A DNA stretch of 64,000 bases from assembly GCA_032718475.1 (NCBI GenBank), contig JAUCBJ010002054.1, forward strand, positions 10,877 through 74,876, written 5' to 3'. Below are positions 1 through 12,598 of this stretch, one piece after another. This DNA is from Nemertoderma westbladi (lineage: Eukaryota; Animalia; Xenacoelomorpha). Position numbers and translations under genes: made by a program. Every line of letters starts with the position of its first letter. Within the stretch, counting starts at the first letter, position 1. Under the pieces are notes generated by a model that was not told the origin of the DNA, did no database searches, and saw only the letters and a program-made list of their open reading frames with translations.

Positions 1-1516
1 TCTCTAAGAAGATATCGAACTTAGACAACCCCATTCTCTGCGAGAGTTTTGGATGGACGTATCCAGCTACGGGCGGAGGAAAATCAGCTCGAGGAGAAGC
101 ATATCGAAACGGCGGATACCCCGACCATAATCCTACACCTTCTGATGCAATCATATTGCACCCTTCACCCAGGATTTATAGCCCTCCTAGTAAAGTGGCT
201 CGCCCCAAAGAGAAAAGGACTCTTGCTAGCCTCAAAAAACTGCGTAAACGCCGTCTGCGTAAGAAAGACTAACTGTTTAGAGTATCTTTATATTTTAGAA
301 ACTGTGATTTGTTATATTTTATAGACTTAAATCCCATTTTCTGGGAGCGGTGTAAAAGCTTTTGCGTAATTAGCCGGTTATTTTCCCCGTAAAGTACTCT
401 GTAGTTGGTTTACTGGGCATAAAAAGGCCGTGTCCTTACTGTACTGGTGTTTTAGAGGACATAAAAGCCATTTCTTCTGTATTTGTACTTTAGAGGACAT
501 AATCCGCAATTTCGGGACGCAATAAGCTCGATACTCTTGAAAACAGTGTCGCTACCATGACGACGGCTAACAGCTGATATTGCCACGTCGACATTTCTTT
601 GTTTCTTTGTTCTCTCGTTGTTCGGTCGACCAATCAGAGCGTTTTTTGTCTCTGTGTTGGAGGTGGATACAGAAATTCAGGAATTCAGTGTTATGTTTTT
701 GCCCAGAGCCTAAGAACACCGGCTTTTGGCACCTCCGTGTTTCAGTCTTTAGTCTTACATTAGTAGGCTTAATTATAGAACGTATATCTGTTATCGAGTT
801 AACGAGTTACCTTATCAATGCTTACTAAACATATCATGCATATCTTACTTAACATTACTGCTTTTGCTGTCGGTTATTCATTATATTTGTTGATGGAAGA
901 TTATATTTGGAATACTGATCAATAGTCAGACACCCAACCTTCTTGATATACTAAAGGTTAGAGAGACCGGTTACAGATAAACGATTGCGACCTATGTTAA
1001 GTGGTTTGAAGTGAATCTAATGCTATTTTATAGGCCCTACATGTATTGTCTGTTATTCTCTTTGTATGTGACTAAAATTAGTGAAGGTCGGCAGATTGGT
1101 GTGCAGCATTGTGCAGCATTGTGTATGATTGTGACTGATAACAAAGCATCTCCTAAAGAATGCGCCATATACGTGAATCTATAGCCATCTCATTGCGTCT
1201 GGTTTAAGTCATAACTCTGTTTACATATTTAGAGCGCCACGTCCTAAAGGAACTGTTAATATTTCCCGAAAGTGAATAATATTTGTCAGAGATTATATAT
1301 TGCGATCAGTCGAATAATACAGTAGGCTTACACCATCAATCATTAAGCTTCCGAATTCAGTCTCCCGGGTATATCCAGCGGGTGAATGATTGCACATAGA
1401 CTGGCTTCGGCTAATCTAGTGTATCAAATACTCGTCATAGGCTAAAGACTATCTATCATCTAGAAGACATCCTAATTTGGCAGGTTAAACTGTCAAAGGT
1501 CTTAAAAGCGCAAACA
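1..1516 (+). mobile_element. 3' end of a diverged family-A BEL/Pao LTR retrotransposon (3' internal region, PPT, 3' LTR)
   Basis: 1-350 aligns to 28129-28478 of element A; same PPT TTTTCTGGGAGCGG (337-350) followed by TGTAAAAG; LTR ends ...AAAGCGCAAACA at 1516, like the family-A LTR end. Confidence 0.85.
351..1516 (+). repeat. LTR (diverged subfamily of family A)
   Basis: TGT...ACA termini; colinear with 17063-18298 (e.g. AGAGCGCCACGTCCTAAAGGAACTGTTAATAT shared) but with many substitutions and indels. Confidence 0.85.
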
Positions 1517-2900
1517 GCAGCTTTAATTAAAACAAATGTAAACCTGATATATAATTATAATATTATGGAATTCTGCGAAATTTGTTATAGCTATGATGCT
1601 TGAGTAGATGTTATTTTGAGGTGAAGACAAGAAAATAATGCTACAGCCGCCGCCACTATACTGTGATCAGAATAATATTTGGCCTAAATAATGTATAATA
1701 AGTATTGCGGCACAAGAGAGTAATTTTCATCTTTCAAGGGAAACTCAATTACATAATTACAAGCACAACCTTAAATCAATATTTGGGTTTAACAGACACC
1801 ATCAAAATAATGTTGATGATTATTAAGATTTGCTCAGAGAATCATATGCACTGTGTTCCTATTGGGTAGTATGTTTTGATACTTCGATTCTGATATGAAG
1901 AGATAATGTACAATATCACTAATGGCAAATAAAGGCCATTGAATTTTGTAAATAATTCCGGACCTTTTCAGCATTTCATGCTGATGATGAACAGCTTTGC
2001 GAATAACACAACAGTGAATAATTAGAAGACCGTTAGGACTTCTTACTGTAAAAGTATTCACTATCTTTCTATGTATCTATATTGGTGAACTCATCCGAAC
2101 CTATAGCTCGTCCATCATATTCTTGCTTTTCACCGTTATACTGGTAGCAAGTATGCAGTATGTGGTTGTTTGTGGTGTATGCCATGTAATTCGTTAACAG
2201 GCAGAAGATATACATACTACATGGCAATGATACGGATGGGGCGAAAATACACTTTTTTTAAAACGCTTATAAAAAAAATTTAAAGGCGAAATCGAAAATT
2301 CCGGCTTCATGGTAACAACCACGGTGAATTGAACTAGTTGTGTTTCAAATTTCAAGCAATATGATAAGATTTGTAGAAAAAAAAATTTTTTTTGGGGGGG
2401 GGGTCCGTGTCATCAGAAAATGGCACAATATTACGGGACATGGTGTAATCAATTAATATTTGCAATTGCGTTTTAACAACAAGATTTTCAGCAATTATTT
2501 AGTGCGGAGGTGATCGAAAATAACTTCAGACGATGACACCACAGCGTTGGTGCCATATCGAACACCCAATGGAATGTTTGTAATACATAACGAGATTGGG
2601 AATGGGAATACACTACAGGTAGATATTGTCGCCGTTAATGGTATATAACACCAGCGGGATTAAATAGCAGAAATGGAACAAATGCGGTTGCGGATAAAAT
2701 GGTAAAAGGTGTTCATGCGGTACAGAAGAAACGTGGTCATTATTAGGAAAATATTTGCCAATTTATTTTTGAAAAGAAAATAAATTGCCTTTGTTTAACT
2801 TCATCCATAAGCGAGAGCCTTTCTCACCCTTCTGCTTCATTTCCTAAACATCTCATTAATAATGTATTGATTAGTAAATAAAAATAATAGTTTAACCTAC

Positions 2901-3111
2901 CTCACTCGTATTGCCTTCATAGGACACCGCTATGTTGTCGTCGACAACCTCAGTAACAGACTCATCTACTGAACTCCATGTAGTGGCGGTGGCCGCCGTC
3001 TGGGGTCTATGTGAATCACCGGAACGACCGCTAGATGGCAATGCAAAGGTAACGTCTCTTTCGGCTCGACCCAACGGACTAGCTGTCTTACATTGGATAT
3101 CCTTAGTAAAC
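2901..3111 (-). CDS. Dynein heavy chain exon, low-complexity AAA2 insert
   Basis: TTTTACAG acceptor continues the frame (FTKDIQCK...GNTSE); donor GAG|GTAGG; exact 3' boundary less certain. Confidence 0.7.
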
Positions 3112-6100
3112 CTGTAAAATATTGTAGTCTATTGTAATAGGCCCACTGTAATATTGTAACAAACCTCATTATTTTTTACCAATCAGTACATCCATCCATC
3201 CACTGTAATATTGTAACAAACCTCATTATTTTTCAACCAATCAGTACATCCCTTCTTTGTACTACTGTAACAAACCTCATTATTCTTTGACCTATTAGTA
3301 CATCCCTCCACTGTAATACTGTTACAAACCCCTTTCTATTTTGACCAATCAGTACAATAGTACATCCCTTGTAAAACTGTAACAAACCTCCTTATCGTTT
3401 GAGCAATCAAACCATCTTTCCATTCCAAAGTATTTGGGTTAACTTCACCGTATAGCTCATTAAGTTGCACGCATTTGGGATTAATAACAACACAGTCAAC
3501 GTGTCCCTTCTTTCTAGAATGCTGAAACGGAAAATAATATTTTGGATGGGACCAGCTTTTCTATTTTAGAAATTTCGATTGGAATTTTTCGTTTTACATG
3601 TTGGTTTTAATTTATATGTACGTAATACATATATTAATTAATTAATGTTAGTCATTAGGGTGTAATAATATTACAACACACAAATACAATATCAGACATA
3701 ATGTAACTTTTTTGCATTAAGAGCTTTCGCATAATTTTGTATAAAGTGTTGAACATGTTGGATCAGTTTTTTCGAGTTTGATACTCACTCAACATAATTG
3801 CACTATTCACAAATTCATGCAATTATTGTTACACAAAAACTTTAATTGGCCATCATATTATTTTAATAACAAATTAAATCATTCGTTAAATTATCTTACC
3901 TTTTTTAATGTAGAATAATGAAAGCTGAAAGAAATAAAACTATTCATGTGGGTAGACTTACTAAATGGGCCAATGTTTCTGAGCTGTCGTCGGCAGTGAC
4001 TGCCGGTAGGAATGTTAACGCCCGTTGTAGAATTGTTCGCACTGTGGACTTGCCACCACATGTAGGCCCAACCATCATGATACCGTGGCGAACCAATATC
4101 TGACTGTACAACTGCTTCACTTTATCTTTCTGAGTTTTCCATTCTTCTAGACGTAGATCATGTATAGCTAGGTCGATCGCTTTCTATATTGAATACATTA
4201 GGAATAAAAACTTCCGTCTGAAATAGGTTCTTAATTGCAATATAAGTATTATATTATTTACGCGGCTATATAATTAGTATTAGTAATTATATAACAAAGC
4301 GGCGAAAAAAAAAAAATAATCAATAATAATGAAATAAAATAAAATAAAAAACTTAAAGTATAAATAAATCAATTGCGACCTTTGCTTAATTTCAGTATAA
4401 CTGTCATTACTAATTATCCTTCAATACCGGTAGCTACGCTATCACCCGTGTAGCACTGACGTCTAATTCTTATTTCTCCGACGGGTTTCGTAGTGTAGTG
4501 GTTATCACATCTGCCTAACACGCAGAAGGTCCTGGGTTCGAGACCCAGCGAAACCATTGGTTATAATTTTGTATCGAGACAATACATGTTTTGTTCACAC
4601 GTTTTTGTTGTTAACAGGTCGTTTTAAAAAAAATATTATTTTATTATGTATATAAAAAAATTAATTACATTTAAATAAATGATATAAATCTTTAAAGACG
4701 TACATCTAATAAAGTTGTCTCCTCCAAAGGAATGTCGACTCCCGGAAACAAATCATCCATGATTCTGTCCATAAGAACCACATCGTCAGCTATCATCTTT
4801 GGTACATTGCTTTCTCTAAGGGCCTTGATCAATAAATGCACCTCGTCTACCCCTTTGTCGCCTCGCGATTTCGCTTTCAGTTGCCCGGCTAATACCAGAA
4901 CGCTCTTTACCGATCTCATCCCAAAGTCGTAGTGATCCTAAGTAAAACATAAGCGTTTCCTCATTATTATTATTATTCAGGTATCGTTTGAGCATAATTC
5001 TCAGTAATTTTCGAGTCATTATTTTGATAATGACAACTTTTGCTGTTTCATTTAAAAGGTATATGACTTTAAATAATATATATTTATTTAATTTAAGTAG
5101 GGCCTAGGGTAAATAAATACATTTATATCAACCTGACCAATACAACGCCGCAATATTACTGATAATATTTACATTCTAGAACTAATGAACAATTATTTAC
5201 AGATGTTATTATTATTAATTTCTACTCTATTTCCGATACTACACCTTTTACAATTACGATTTAGTATTATTGTTCTAATAGGCCTAATATTCAATATAAT
5301 TGCGGAAACTAAGTACTTAATAACTATAACAATGTTTATTGTCAATATTATTCAGAATTACTACTACTACTAGGTCGAGCGAACTCGGACAGTGGAAATG
5401 AGATCCTTTCAGGCTTCCCGATTCTGCATAGTTGTAGCAATTTCGTTTCTGCCAAGTTCAGTATCCCTTTCAAGTTGATCTATATATGTTATGGTCGGTC
5501 GTCCACGACTACGCTTTCCATGAGTTGGTTGCCAGAGAAGTAGATCTGGTATGACCTCGTCTTTACTTCGCCAGCAGTGTCCACTGAATCTTAATCTGCG
5601 TTCAAGGAGGTGGTTGATACAGGTGGTATTGTACCATAAAGCTCGGCGTTGGTCATGTGTTGTCTCCAGCTGATGTTTAGGGCTGCCCTTAGTAGTCTTG
5701 TGTAGCAACCATCAATTCGGTAAGCAATTTTGTTATTGTCTCACACCGTAATATCCTTGATTCATAATATTAATGAATATTCATTGCTTGCATGAACTTC
5801 AAACAGGAAATATGAAAAGCCTGCAGAATCAGTGGTTCTCTTAATCTCCATAATCCCATAGTTATCTCTCGAATCGTGAATAACAATTTTAAATTCAACT
5901 AAATTTTTAAACTCCGCGCAGAGACAGGTTTATCAATCTAAAAATGTGCTCACCTTATTTACCATGTCCAAGGTGTATCTATTAATATTATAATATATAT
6001 TTTATTAATAAAATCATTTATACCAACTCACTTGTTTGGATAGTTGATTGCTCGCCAGATGGTAGAGATTTACGTATAATATTTATTTTATTAATAAACT

Positions 6101-9100
6101 CATTTTTACCAACTCACCTGTTTGGACAGTTGATTGCTCGCCAGATGGTAGAGATTTACGTATAATATTTATTTTATTAATAAAATCATTTATACCAACT
6201 CACTTGTTTGGACAGTTGATTGCTCGCCAGATGGTAGAGATTTACGTATAATATTGATTTTATTAATAAAATCATTTATACCAACTCACTTGTTTGGACA
6301 GTTGATTGCTCGCCAGATGGTAGAGATTTACGTATAATATTGATTTTATTAATAAAATCATTTATACCAACTCACTTGTTTGGACAGTTGATTGCTCGCC
6401 AGATGGTAGAGATTTACGTATAATATTTATTTTATTAATAAACTCATTTATACCAACTCACTTGTTTGGACAGTTGATTGCTCGCTAGATGGTAGAGATT
6501 TACGTATAATATTTATTTTATTAATAAACTCATTTATACCAACTCACTTGTTTGGACAGTTGATTGCTCGCCAGATGGTAGAGATTTACGTATAATATTT
6601 ATTTTATTAATAAAATCATTTATACCAACTCACTTGTTTGGACAGTTGATTGCTCGCCAGATGGTAGAGATTTACGTATAATATTGATTTTATTAATAAA
6701 ATCATTTATACCAACTCACTTGTTTGGACAGTTGATTGCTCGCCAGATGGTAGAGATTTACGTATAATATTGATTTTATTAATAAAATCATTTATACCAA
6801 CTCACTTGTTTGGACAGTTGATTGCTCGCCAGATGGTAGAGATTTACGTATAATATTTATTTTATTAATAAACTCATTTATACCAACTCACTTGTTTGGA
6901 CAGTTGATTGCTCGCCAGATGGTAGAGATTTACGTATAATATTTATTTTATTAATAAACTCATTTATACCAACTCACTTGTTTGGACAGTTGATTGCTCG
7001 CCAGATGGTAGAGATTTACGTATAATATTTATTTTATTAATAAACTCATTTATACCAACTCACTTGTTTGGACAGTTGATTGCTCGCCAGATGGTAGAGA
7101 TTTACGTATAATATATATTTTATTAATAAACTAATTTATACCAACTCACTTGTTTGGACAGTTGATTGCTCGCCAGATGGTAGAGATTTACGATCTTTCT
7201 GGAAAGTACTTTAGCCGCTTCGAACCCCACGGAGAACAGCATAATCTCTGCGATAAGGTTGTAGTCAGGCATTGTCATAGCAACCGGCCGAAATAATGAC
7301 TTTAAGTTGTCTGGAAGTTCAACTCGACCAGCGTATCTGTAAACATGGTAAATGTTTTGTGAAATAACAAAAAAATAGAGCTTAAAAATACGATTGCCTG
7401 TTAGCATTGTAATGGAGAAGAGTTCCGGAATGTAATCAAGTTGTAATAGATTGAGATTTGGAGTATGAAATTTCACTTGAAAATTGACATTAAAGTAAAA
7501 ATTTAAAACGTCAAATTGATTATTAAATGTTAAACAGAAATGTTCATTACTCGTCTGATTGTTTGCAACGAGTAGATTGGTTTCGAACTCGGGAACTGAA
7601 AGTAAATATTGAACCATCTGTACCCCCTTGTACAGTGTACCGGTATTGGGCTCAAACTGCCCATGCTCCATTCCTACAGAAGCTACTGGATTATGGGTCA
7701 GAGTAAAACGCGGATCCGGATCCGTATTCTAAATTTAACATTGTCCCAACGGAAGTAGATTTTTTTTACATTTTTATAACTCCCAAAAATAAAACTATAA
7801 CCTGTTCTAATGACTTAGTTTATTGCTTTGGTTAAAATAACGTGCCATTGTAACCTGCTCCTTTCCCTTAATTAATAATTTTGGGATCCGGATCCGGATC
7901 CGTGTTTTATTCCTGGATTATGACCCACATCATAATGTTACCTGTAGCAACATAATCTACATTATGTTCTGCCAACGGATAGAATATATATTATGTCAAT
8001 TTTCTAATAATAATATAAATTAACATTTTTAAGTTTCATTAAGCCAGACCAAATGTAATATTTGAAATAAAACAAAAACACTCACCCTGGATTCATTGTA
8101 ACAAATACCCCACAGGAATGGTTGAGTTTAATGTCCTTGGACTCGAATATAAACCTCGAGCTGCCCAGCTCTTTGGCCGCCTTTATCGATTGAACCTGCT
8201 GGGCGATTACCGACAGAACTTCCTGATCTATCCGATTAAACTCATCGAAACAACACCAGTTCCCAGACTGAGCCAACCCACTCAGTAACTTACCCATCAT
8301 CTGGGGAAAACATTTAAGGTATTGTTAAGATCAGAGACGATACGAGGTACAGTTCTAAATATAAATCTAAATAAAAGCATTAAAAAAACATGCAGTATTT
8401 AACTACTTAATTAATATATATTTATTTAAGAAACTTAAACCTACCGACATTTCAATTTTACGAAATATCACAACCTTGTGTCTTTACTTACCTTGTAATC
8501 AACCCCTTCAGAGCAGTTATAAACAACACAAAGTTTGCCCACCGCCTTGGCAAGGTCTTTTACTGTTTCAGTTTTCCCGGTACCAGCAGGTCCCGCCGGT
8601 GATCCTCCCAGATTATGGTATAAAGCGCCTACAATGAATTTAAACAGCAGCGAATATTATCTTTACATGACAATTATAAAAGATGTGCAAACTTACATGG
8701 GGTGTGACAATCAATTTGGGTGCTAAGGAATAGGCGCGTAAGTGCCCATTGCGTGAATAACTAACCCGTTAAGGTCAAATAACACCTGTCGGTTAGTGGT
8801 GTAACAACGAGTCTGGAAGAGCACCCCAAGTACTCGTAACCATACTGAAACCTCCAGAAACTCTGACAGACATTCAATAAGTGATCCTTGTCGTTCCATT
8901 CGTAACGAAGTTGTCTGAAACAAAACATAATCTTAGCCACCTAAATTGTGTTCATACAGTACAGTATGAACCGGTGACTGTTGTTACTGTAGTTTGGTAT
9001 GTTGTAGGCCTACAGCATGTTTAGTAGCAAACCACTCACCTCGTCCAGTTGAAATCATTATAGTCAGACACTTTGCTATCGATGAGGTTGCTTATCACAT

Positions 9101-10241
9101 CGCGGTTGTGTACCGAAATCGTTAGAAGTGCCTCTACTTTCATTCTCTAAATATTTAAAATAGTAAACAATTAAATGAGTTTGAACAACAACAATAAGGG
9201 TAGGTGTAAAACGCGGATCCGGATTCCAAAATTTATCATTTAAGGGAAAGGAGCAGGTTACAGCGGCACGTTATTTTAACCAAAACAATAAACTAAAGTA
9301 AATAGAACAGGTTATAGTTTTATTTTTGGTAGTTACAAAAATGTTATAAAAATCGACTTCCGTAGGGACAATGTTAAATGTAGAATCCGGATCCGGATCC
9401 GCGTTTTACTCTGACCTCAACAATAATATTAAGTAAAAAGAAAACACATTAAATCGAGTGACAACCCAAAATTATTTAGAAGGAATTGCTATACAAGAAA
9501 ATTATTTTAGCGAATTTGACAAAATCTATTTATTATATTTTATATTATTGACAAAATTATCTCCTAAGGAAGAAAGGGAAATGTAGGGGGGAGCATCACA
9601 AAGAAAGATAACCGGAAAACAGCGACCGCAAAAATTCAAAGTTAGCAATTTATTGAAATTGACCGAAAAACAGCAACCGCTAAAATTAAATGTTAGCATT
9701 TATTGAAATTACAGTAACATTTAACACAATGTTTCCCATAATAAAACATCATGTAAAACATCATGTTTTACATTTCGCCAAGCAAATTGCGATTTCTCCA
9801 ATAAATATGCACTTACGGCATGTAGCACTAAAGGTTCTAATACCAGAGCAGCTAGTCCAGTCAGAACTGATCTTATATGATCAAACTCTTCCTTCATCTG
9901 CACCTCGGAGTCATCGGCTAACAACGCTGACGTCACACTTCCACTGAAGGTCAGCTGAGTCTAAACAAAGTAAATATTATAGAAATGTTACAAAGTCATT
10001 GTGGATGTTAAACTGCAATCTAATATTGTAATAGAATTTAATAAAGACAAAGGGCTATATTAATGAATGATAACTTACAATCGCAATTACAATTTGACCA
10101 TGATTGTTAAGTACCCATTGTATATATTCTTTGTTGTCGTAGGAGTGCAGACCTTGACGTGTCGATTTCTTAATTGCATCAAACATGGCGTTCTCTGTGT
10201 TTAATAACCACTGTTCCACTGGTCCACGCGCTCGCACATTC
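2901..10241 (-). CDS. DNAH14: Axonemal dynein heavy chain, DNAH14-like, internal exons (linker end, AAA1, start of AAA2); gene continues outside these coordinates
   Basis: 11 GT-AG exons splice in frame: 10241-10079, 9960-9817, 9146-9040, 8914-8766, 8628-8492, 8300-8086, 7336-7150, 4937-4704, 4183-3962, 3521-3388, 3111-2901. Motifs [17 protein letters not shown] (Walker A), WCCFDEFNR (Walker B), [44 protein letters not shown]. The AAA2 stretch and long insert after EWKDG recall human DNAH14; orthology is from recall, not a search. Confidence 0.9.
3143..3415. repeat. Degenerate ~57-bp tandem repeat derived from the dynein exon 3388-3521 end plus its 5' splice site
   Basis: About four copies of ACTGTAA..ACAAACCTC..ACCAATCAGTACATC resembling the genuine junction ACTGTAACAAACCTCCTTATCGTTTGAGCAATCAAACCATC. 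Confidence 0.7.
3388..3521 (-). CDS. Dynein heavy chain exon ([26 protein letters not shown])
   Basis: Conserved AAA2 motif; TTTCAG acceptor, AG|GTTTG donor. Confidence 0.92.
3962..4183 (-). CDS. Dynein heavy chain exon, AAA2 Walker A ([16 protein letters not shown])
   Basis: 222-nt in-frame exon with the P2 loop. Confidence 0.92.
4484..4556 (+). tRNA. tRNA-Val (anticodon AAC)
   Basis: 73-nt cloverleaf GGTTTCG...CGAAACCA; anticodon arm TCTGC-CT-AAC-AC-GCAGA; T arm CTGGG-TTCGAGA-CCCAG; TTTT run shortly downstream. Confidence 0.95.
4704..4937 (-). CDS. Dynein heavy chain exon ([14 protein letters not shown]...DDLFPG)
   Basis: Conserved HYDFGMR and DLFP motifs; 234-nt phase 0/0. Confidence 0.93.
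5360..5708 (-). mobile_element. 5'-truncated RTE-like LINE 3' end
   Basis: [11 protein letters not shown]...[22 protein letters not shown]-terminal signature; (TAG)n tail on the minus strand at ~5360-5373. Confidence 0.8.
5990..7192. repeat. 86-bp tandem repeat, 14 units, each = last 43 nt of a dynein exon + 5' splice site + ~43 nt intron
   Basis: CTCGCCAGAT recurs at 6051+86n up to 7169; the last unit is the real exon end. Confidence 0.95.
7150..7336 (-). CDS. Dynein heavy chain exon ([20 protein letters not shown]...QLSKQ)
   Basis: Conserved AAA1 sensor region; donor CAA|GTGAGT. Confidence 0.95.
7696..7912 (+). mobile_element. ~220-bp MITE-like element
   Basis: Terminal inverted repeats TAAAACGCGGATCCGGATCC...GGATCCGGATCCGTGTTTTA; second copy inverted at 9203-9416. 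Confidence 0.75.
8086..8300 (-). CDS. Dynein heavy chain exon, AAA1 Walker B ([10 protein letters not shown])
   Basis: ORF 8082-8300; CAG acceptor and GTGAG donor. Confidence 0.95.
8492..8628 (-). CDS. Dynein heavy chain exon, AAA1 Walker A ([14 protein letters not shown])
   Basis: Canonical dynein P1 loop; in-frame splice sites. Confidence 0.95.
8766..8914 (-). CDS. Dynein heavy chain exon (QLRYEW...[22 protein letters not shown])
   Basis: Highly conserved AAA1 entry motifs. Confidence 0.92.
9040..9146 (-). CDS. Dynein heavy chain exon ([17 protein letters not shown]...DFNWTR)
   Basis: Conserved ALLTIxVHxRD and FxW motifs; canonical splice sites. Confidence 0.9.
9203..9416 (-). mobile_element. 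~215-bp MITE-like element, inverted copy of 7696-7912
   Basis: Reverse complement aligns throughout (e.g. TAACCTGCTCCTTTCCCTTA vs TAAGGGAAAGGAGCAGGTTA). Confidence 0.75.
9817..9960 (-). CDS. Dynein heavy chain exon ([14 protein letters not shown]...LVLHA)
   Basis: 144-nt phase 0/0 exon with canonical splice sites joining neighbours in frame. Confidence 0.8.
10079..10241 (-). CDS. Dynein heavy chain exon ([20 protein letters not shown]...)
   Basis: TTTAG acceptor, GTAAGT donor, conserved GxVEQWL motif. Confidence 0.9.
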
Positions 10242-10994
10242 CTAAAATTGAATTATTAATATTTATTGTTTATAGTGGTCAATTTTCCAGAAGAGTCTGT
10301 GAGAGCATACTCAAGCATTAATCACATACAAGGCAAAAAAACATAAAAAAACTTAGGATAAAAGTTTACATTCAAAAAATACTTCATGAAGAGAAAGATC
10401 ACGAGAAATATCTCAACAAAATACAGGAAACATACTCCAAATAAAATAAACTCCAAATAAAATTATTACTCGGTAATTAGGCTGGTTATGCATGCTAAAG
10501 ATTAAATGCAGTGCAGTGATAATGTAATATCCTGTTTGATTAATTGCCTGGTGGGTATAATTCTCGCCCCCAAATTGAATGGCTCAAATAATCCCCATAT
10601 ATATGTAATAATTAAATAAATTAGAATAAGATGACAAATTCCAACATCATGATGTCCTTCACACAACACTCAGCAGGGAACGAATGCAATGAGAGCTAAT
10701 TAGTGGATAATAACATTACAAAAATTGAGAATAGTTTGCGAAATTAAACCAGCCAATGGCTGCGGTTTGTGATGGCAGATTTTTTATATACCGACTCGTT
10801 ATTGGTTAATGGTAACTAATCTCATTGGTCAAAGGCACTGAAGCCAAAAAAGTTTTAGAATTGATCAAAATTAGTTGTTAGGAAAAAGTTGTGAGATTGT
10901 ATTTAAAACTCTGAAAGGTTGCTATTTTTTCCGATAGTGGAAAAGGGTTACGGAATTAATTGAAGACAAGAAACATGCAGGTTTAAGTTTCATT

Positions 10995-11175
10995 ATGGAG
11001 AGAGAAACGTTGATTTATAAGGAATATCCACCGATCCAGTCGCCATGTGAAGAGGATCCGGATCATAACGATGGAATAAATTCTTGGAAATACATCGACA
11101 AAACAGAAAGAGAAAGTAACTGCTGCGGTGATGAGCTTCCTTATTCAATTGAGAGTATCCTTCGTCCGGACTTCG
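10995..11175 (+). CDS. en: engrailed homeobox gene, coding exon 1 (eh1 motif)
   Basis: ATG at 10995; ends YSIESILRPDFG, matching the engrailed eh1 consensus FSIxxILRPDFG; donor G|GTAAG, phase 1. Confidence 0.85.
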
Positions 11176-12193
11176 GTAAGATTATTGATTCAAACGACAT
11201 ACTATAAACGAATAAAGATTTCAGGACCGAAAAAGTATCCAAAACTATTTAAAACGTCAATGAATTAATAATTAATAAAGTAAATAAAGGACAAGTGAAT
11301 AAAAGTATCATCCCCATGTTATTCTTGTGTCTCTATCCTATTTGACCTGCGTAATCAATCTTTTCTAATAGATTTTGCCAGTTATTTTGTGTATAAGAAA
11401 TACTCTGCACCTGTTACTGTTCTATAATTTGATTTGACCGTGATAAATTATTTCCGAGAGAAATGCGTGCGAAAACAAGGAACTTGGACAATTACCGCCC
11501 GATATCCGATTTACAGAATATATTTTTAACCCTGGTAATCCTTAGAATGTTTTCCTAATGTTTTTTGAAATTCAAAAGTTATAATATTAACTTTGATTAC
11601 CGTTTGTAAACTTTTAATTCTAGGGCTTTTTAAAATATCCAAGATTGTTTCTAGAACAATTTGATTGACCTTATGCTAGCTAAATCTTTTTTATGACTTG
11701 ATTTAATGGCTTCAATCATTTTATTTATATTGTAATGAAATACAATAAAATAATACAATAAATACAATATAAATGGTTGTTGCATTAATAATTGTTTACT
11801 GTGTCGGGACAATTTCCCCCCGAGCGCAAATACCCTAAAGATACCCCAAAAAATACCCCCCCCCCCCCCCCCGATCATTGCACCCCAATGAAACTCACTC
11901 ACCAAACAATTACCGCCGAGGAAAATTTCAAAATAAATGTGATCGTTCCTAACGAGCAAGTTAGTCAAGTAACTTGTTAGAAAATTAAAAAAATTATATT
12001 GTCGAACCCCTATCATAGAATTTAATAAATTCATGTTTGCTTATTTTTCATTGCGATATTTTACAACTGAAGTACACCATCTCCATTAATAAATAGGCCT
12101 ACCAATGTCCGTGAATAAAACTATAAAATGACACGAATTATTCTCGATATTTTTGTATATTATTCATAATTATTTGTCATTTTGAAAAAACAG

Positions 12194-12358
12194 GAAAAAT
12201 CGCGCTAAATAGGGCGAGAATTAGGGAAATTATCATTAAACAACGAGCGCAACGAGCGATGTTCAGAGAAATCCTAACTAATGATTCCGAGAAAAGCGGA
12301 AGTAATGTGTGGCCGGCGTGGATATTCTGTACCAGATACTCGGATAGACCTTCATCAG
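12194..12358 (+). CDS. en: engrailed homeobox gene, coding exon 2 (EH2 motif)
   Basis: AACAG acceptor; splices in frame to GKIALNRA...VWPAWIFCTRYSDRPSSG; donor G|GTAAG at the conserved engrailed intron position after SDRPSSG. Confidence 0.92.
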
Positions 12359-12368
12359 GTAAGAACAG

Positions 12369-12598
12369 AATAATATTTGTATATTCTGTTATTAAATAAT
12401 ATTTGTATATTCTGTTATTAAATAATATTTGTATATTATGTTATTAAATAATATTTGAATAATATCCTGTTATTAAATTATATTTGTATATTCTGTTATT
12501 AAATAATATTTGTATATTCTGTTATTAAATGATATTTGTATATTCTGTTATTAAATAATATTTGTATATTCTGTTATTAAATGATATTTGTATATATT
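12369..12598. repeat. 26-bp AT-rich minisatellite (AATAATATTTGTATATTCTGTTATTA)n
   Basis: About 9 tandem copies directly after the engrailed exon 2 donor. Confidence 0.9.

Noticed and set aside
3900-3924. Possible dynein micro-exon (TTTCAG...AAG|GTAAG)
   Set aside because: 25 nt would shift the frame between two phase-0 exons and needs a 37-nt intron.
5990-7192. CRISPR-like regular array
   Set aside because: No unique spacers; the whole unit is repeated, derives from a dynein exon junction, and the context is eukaryotic.
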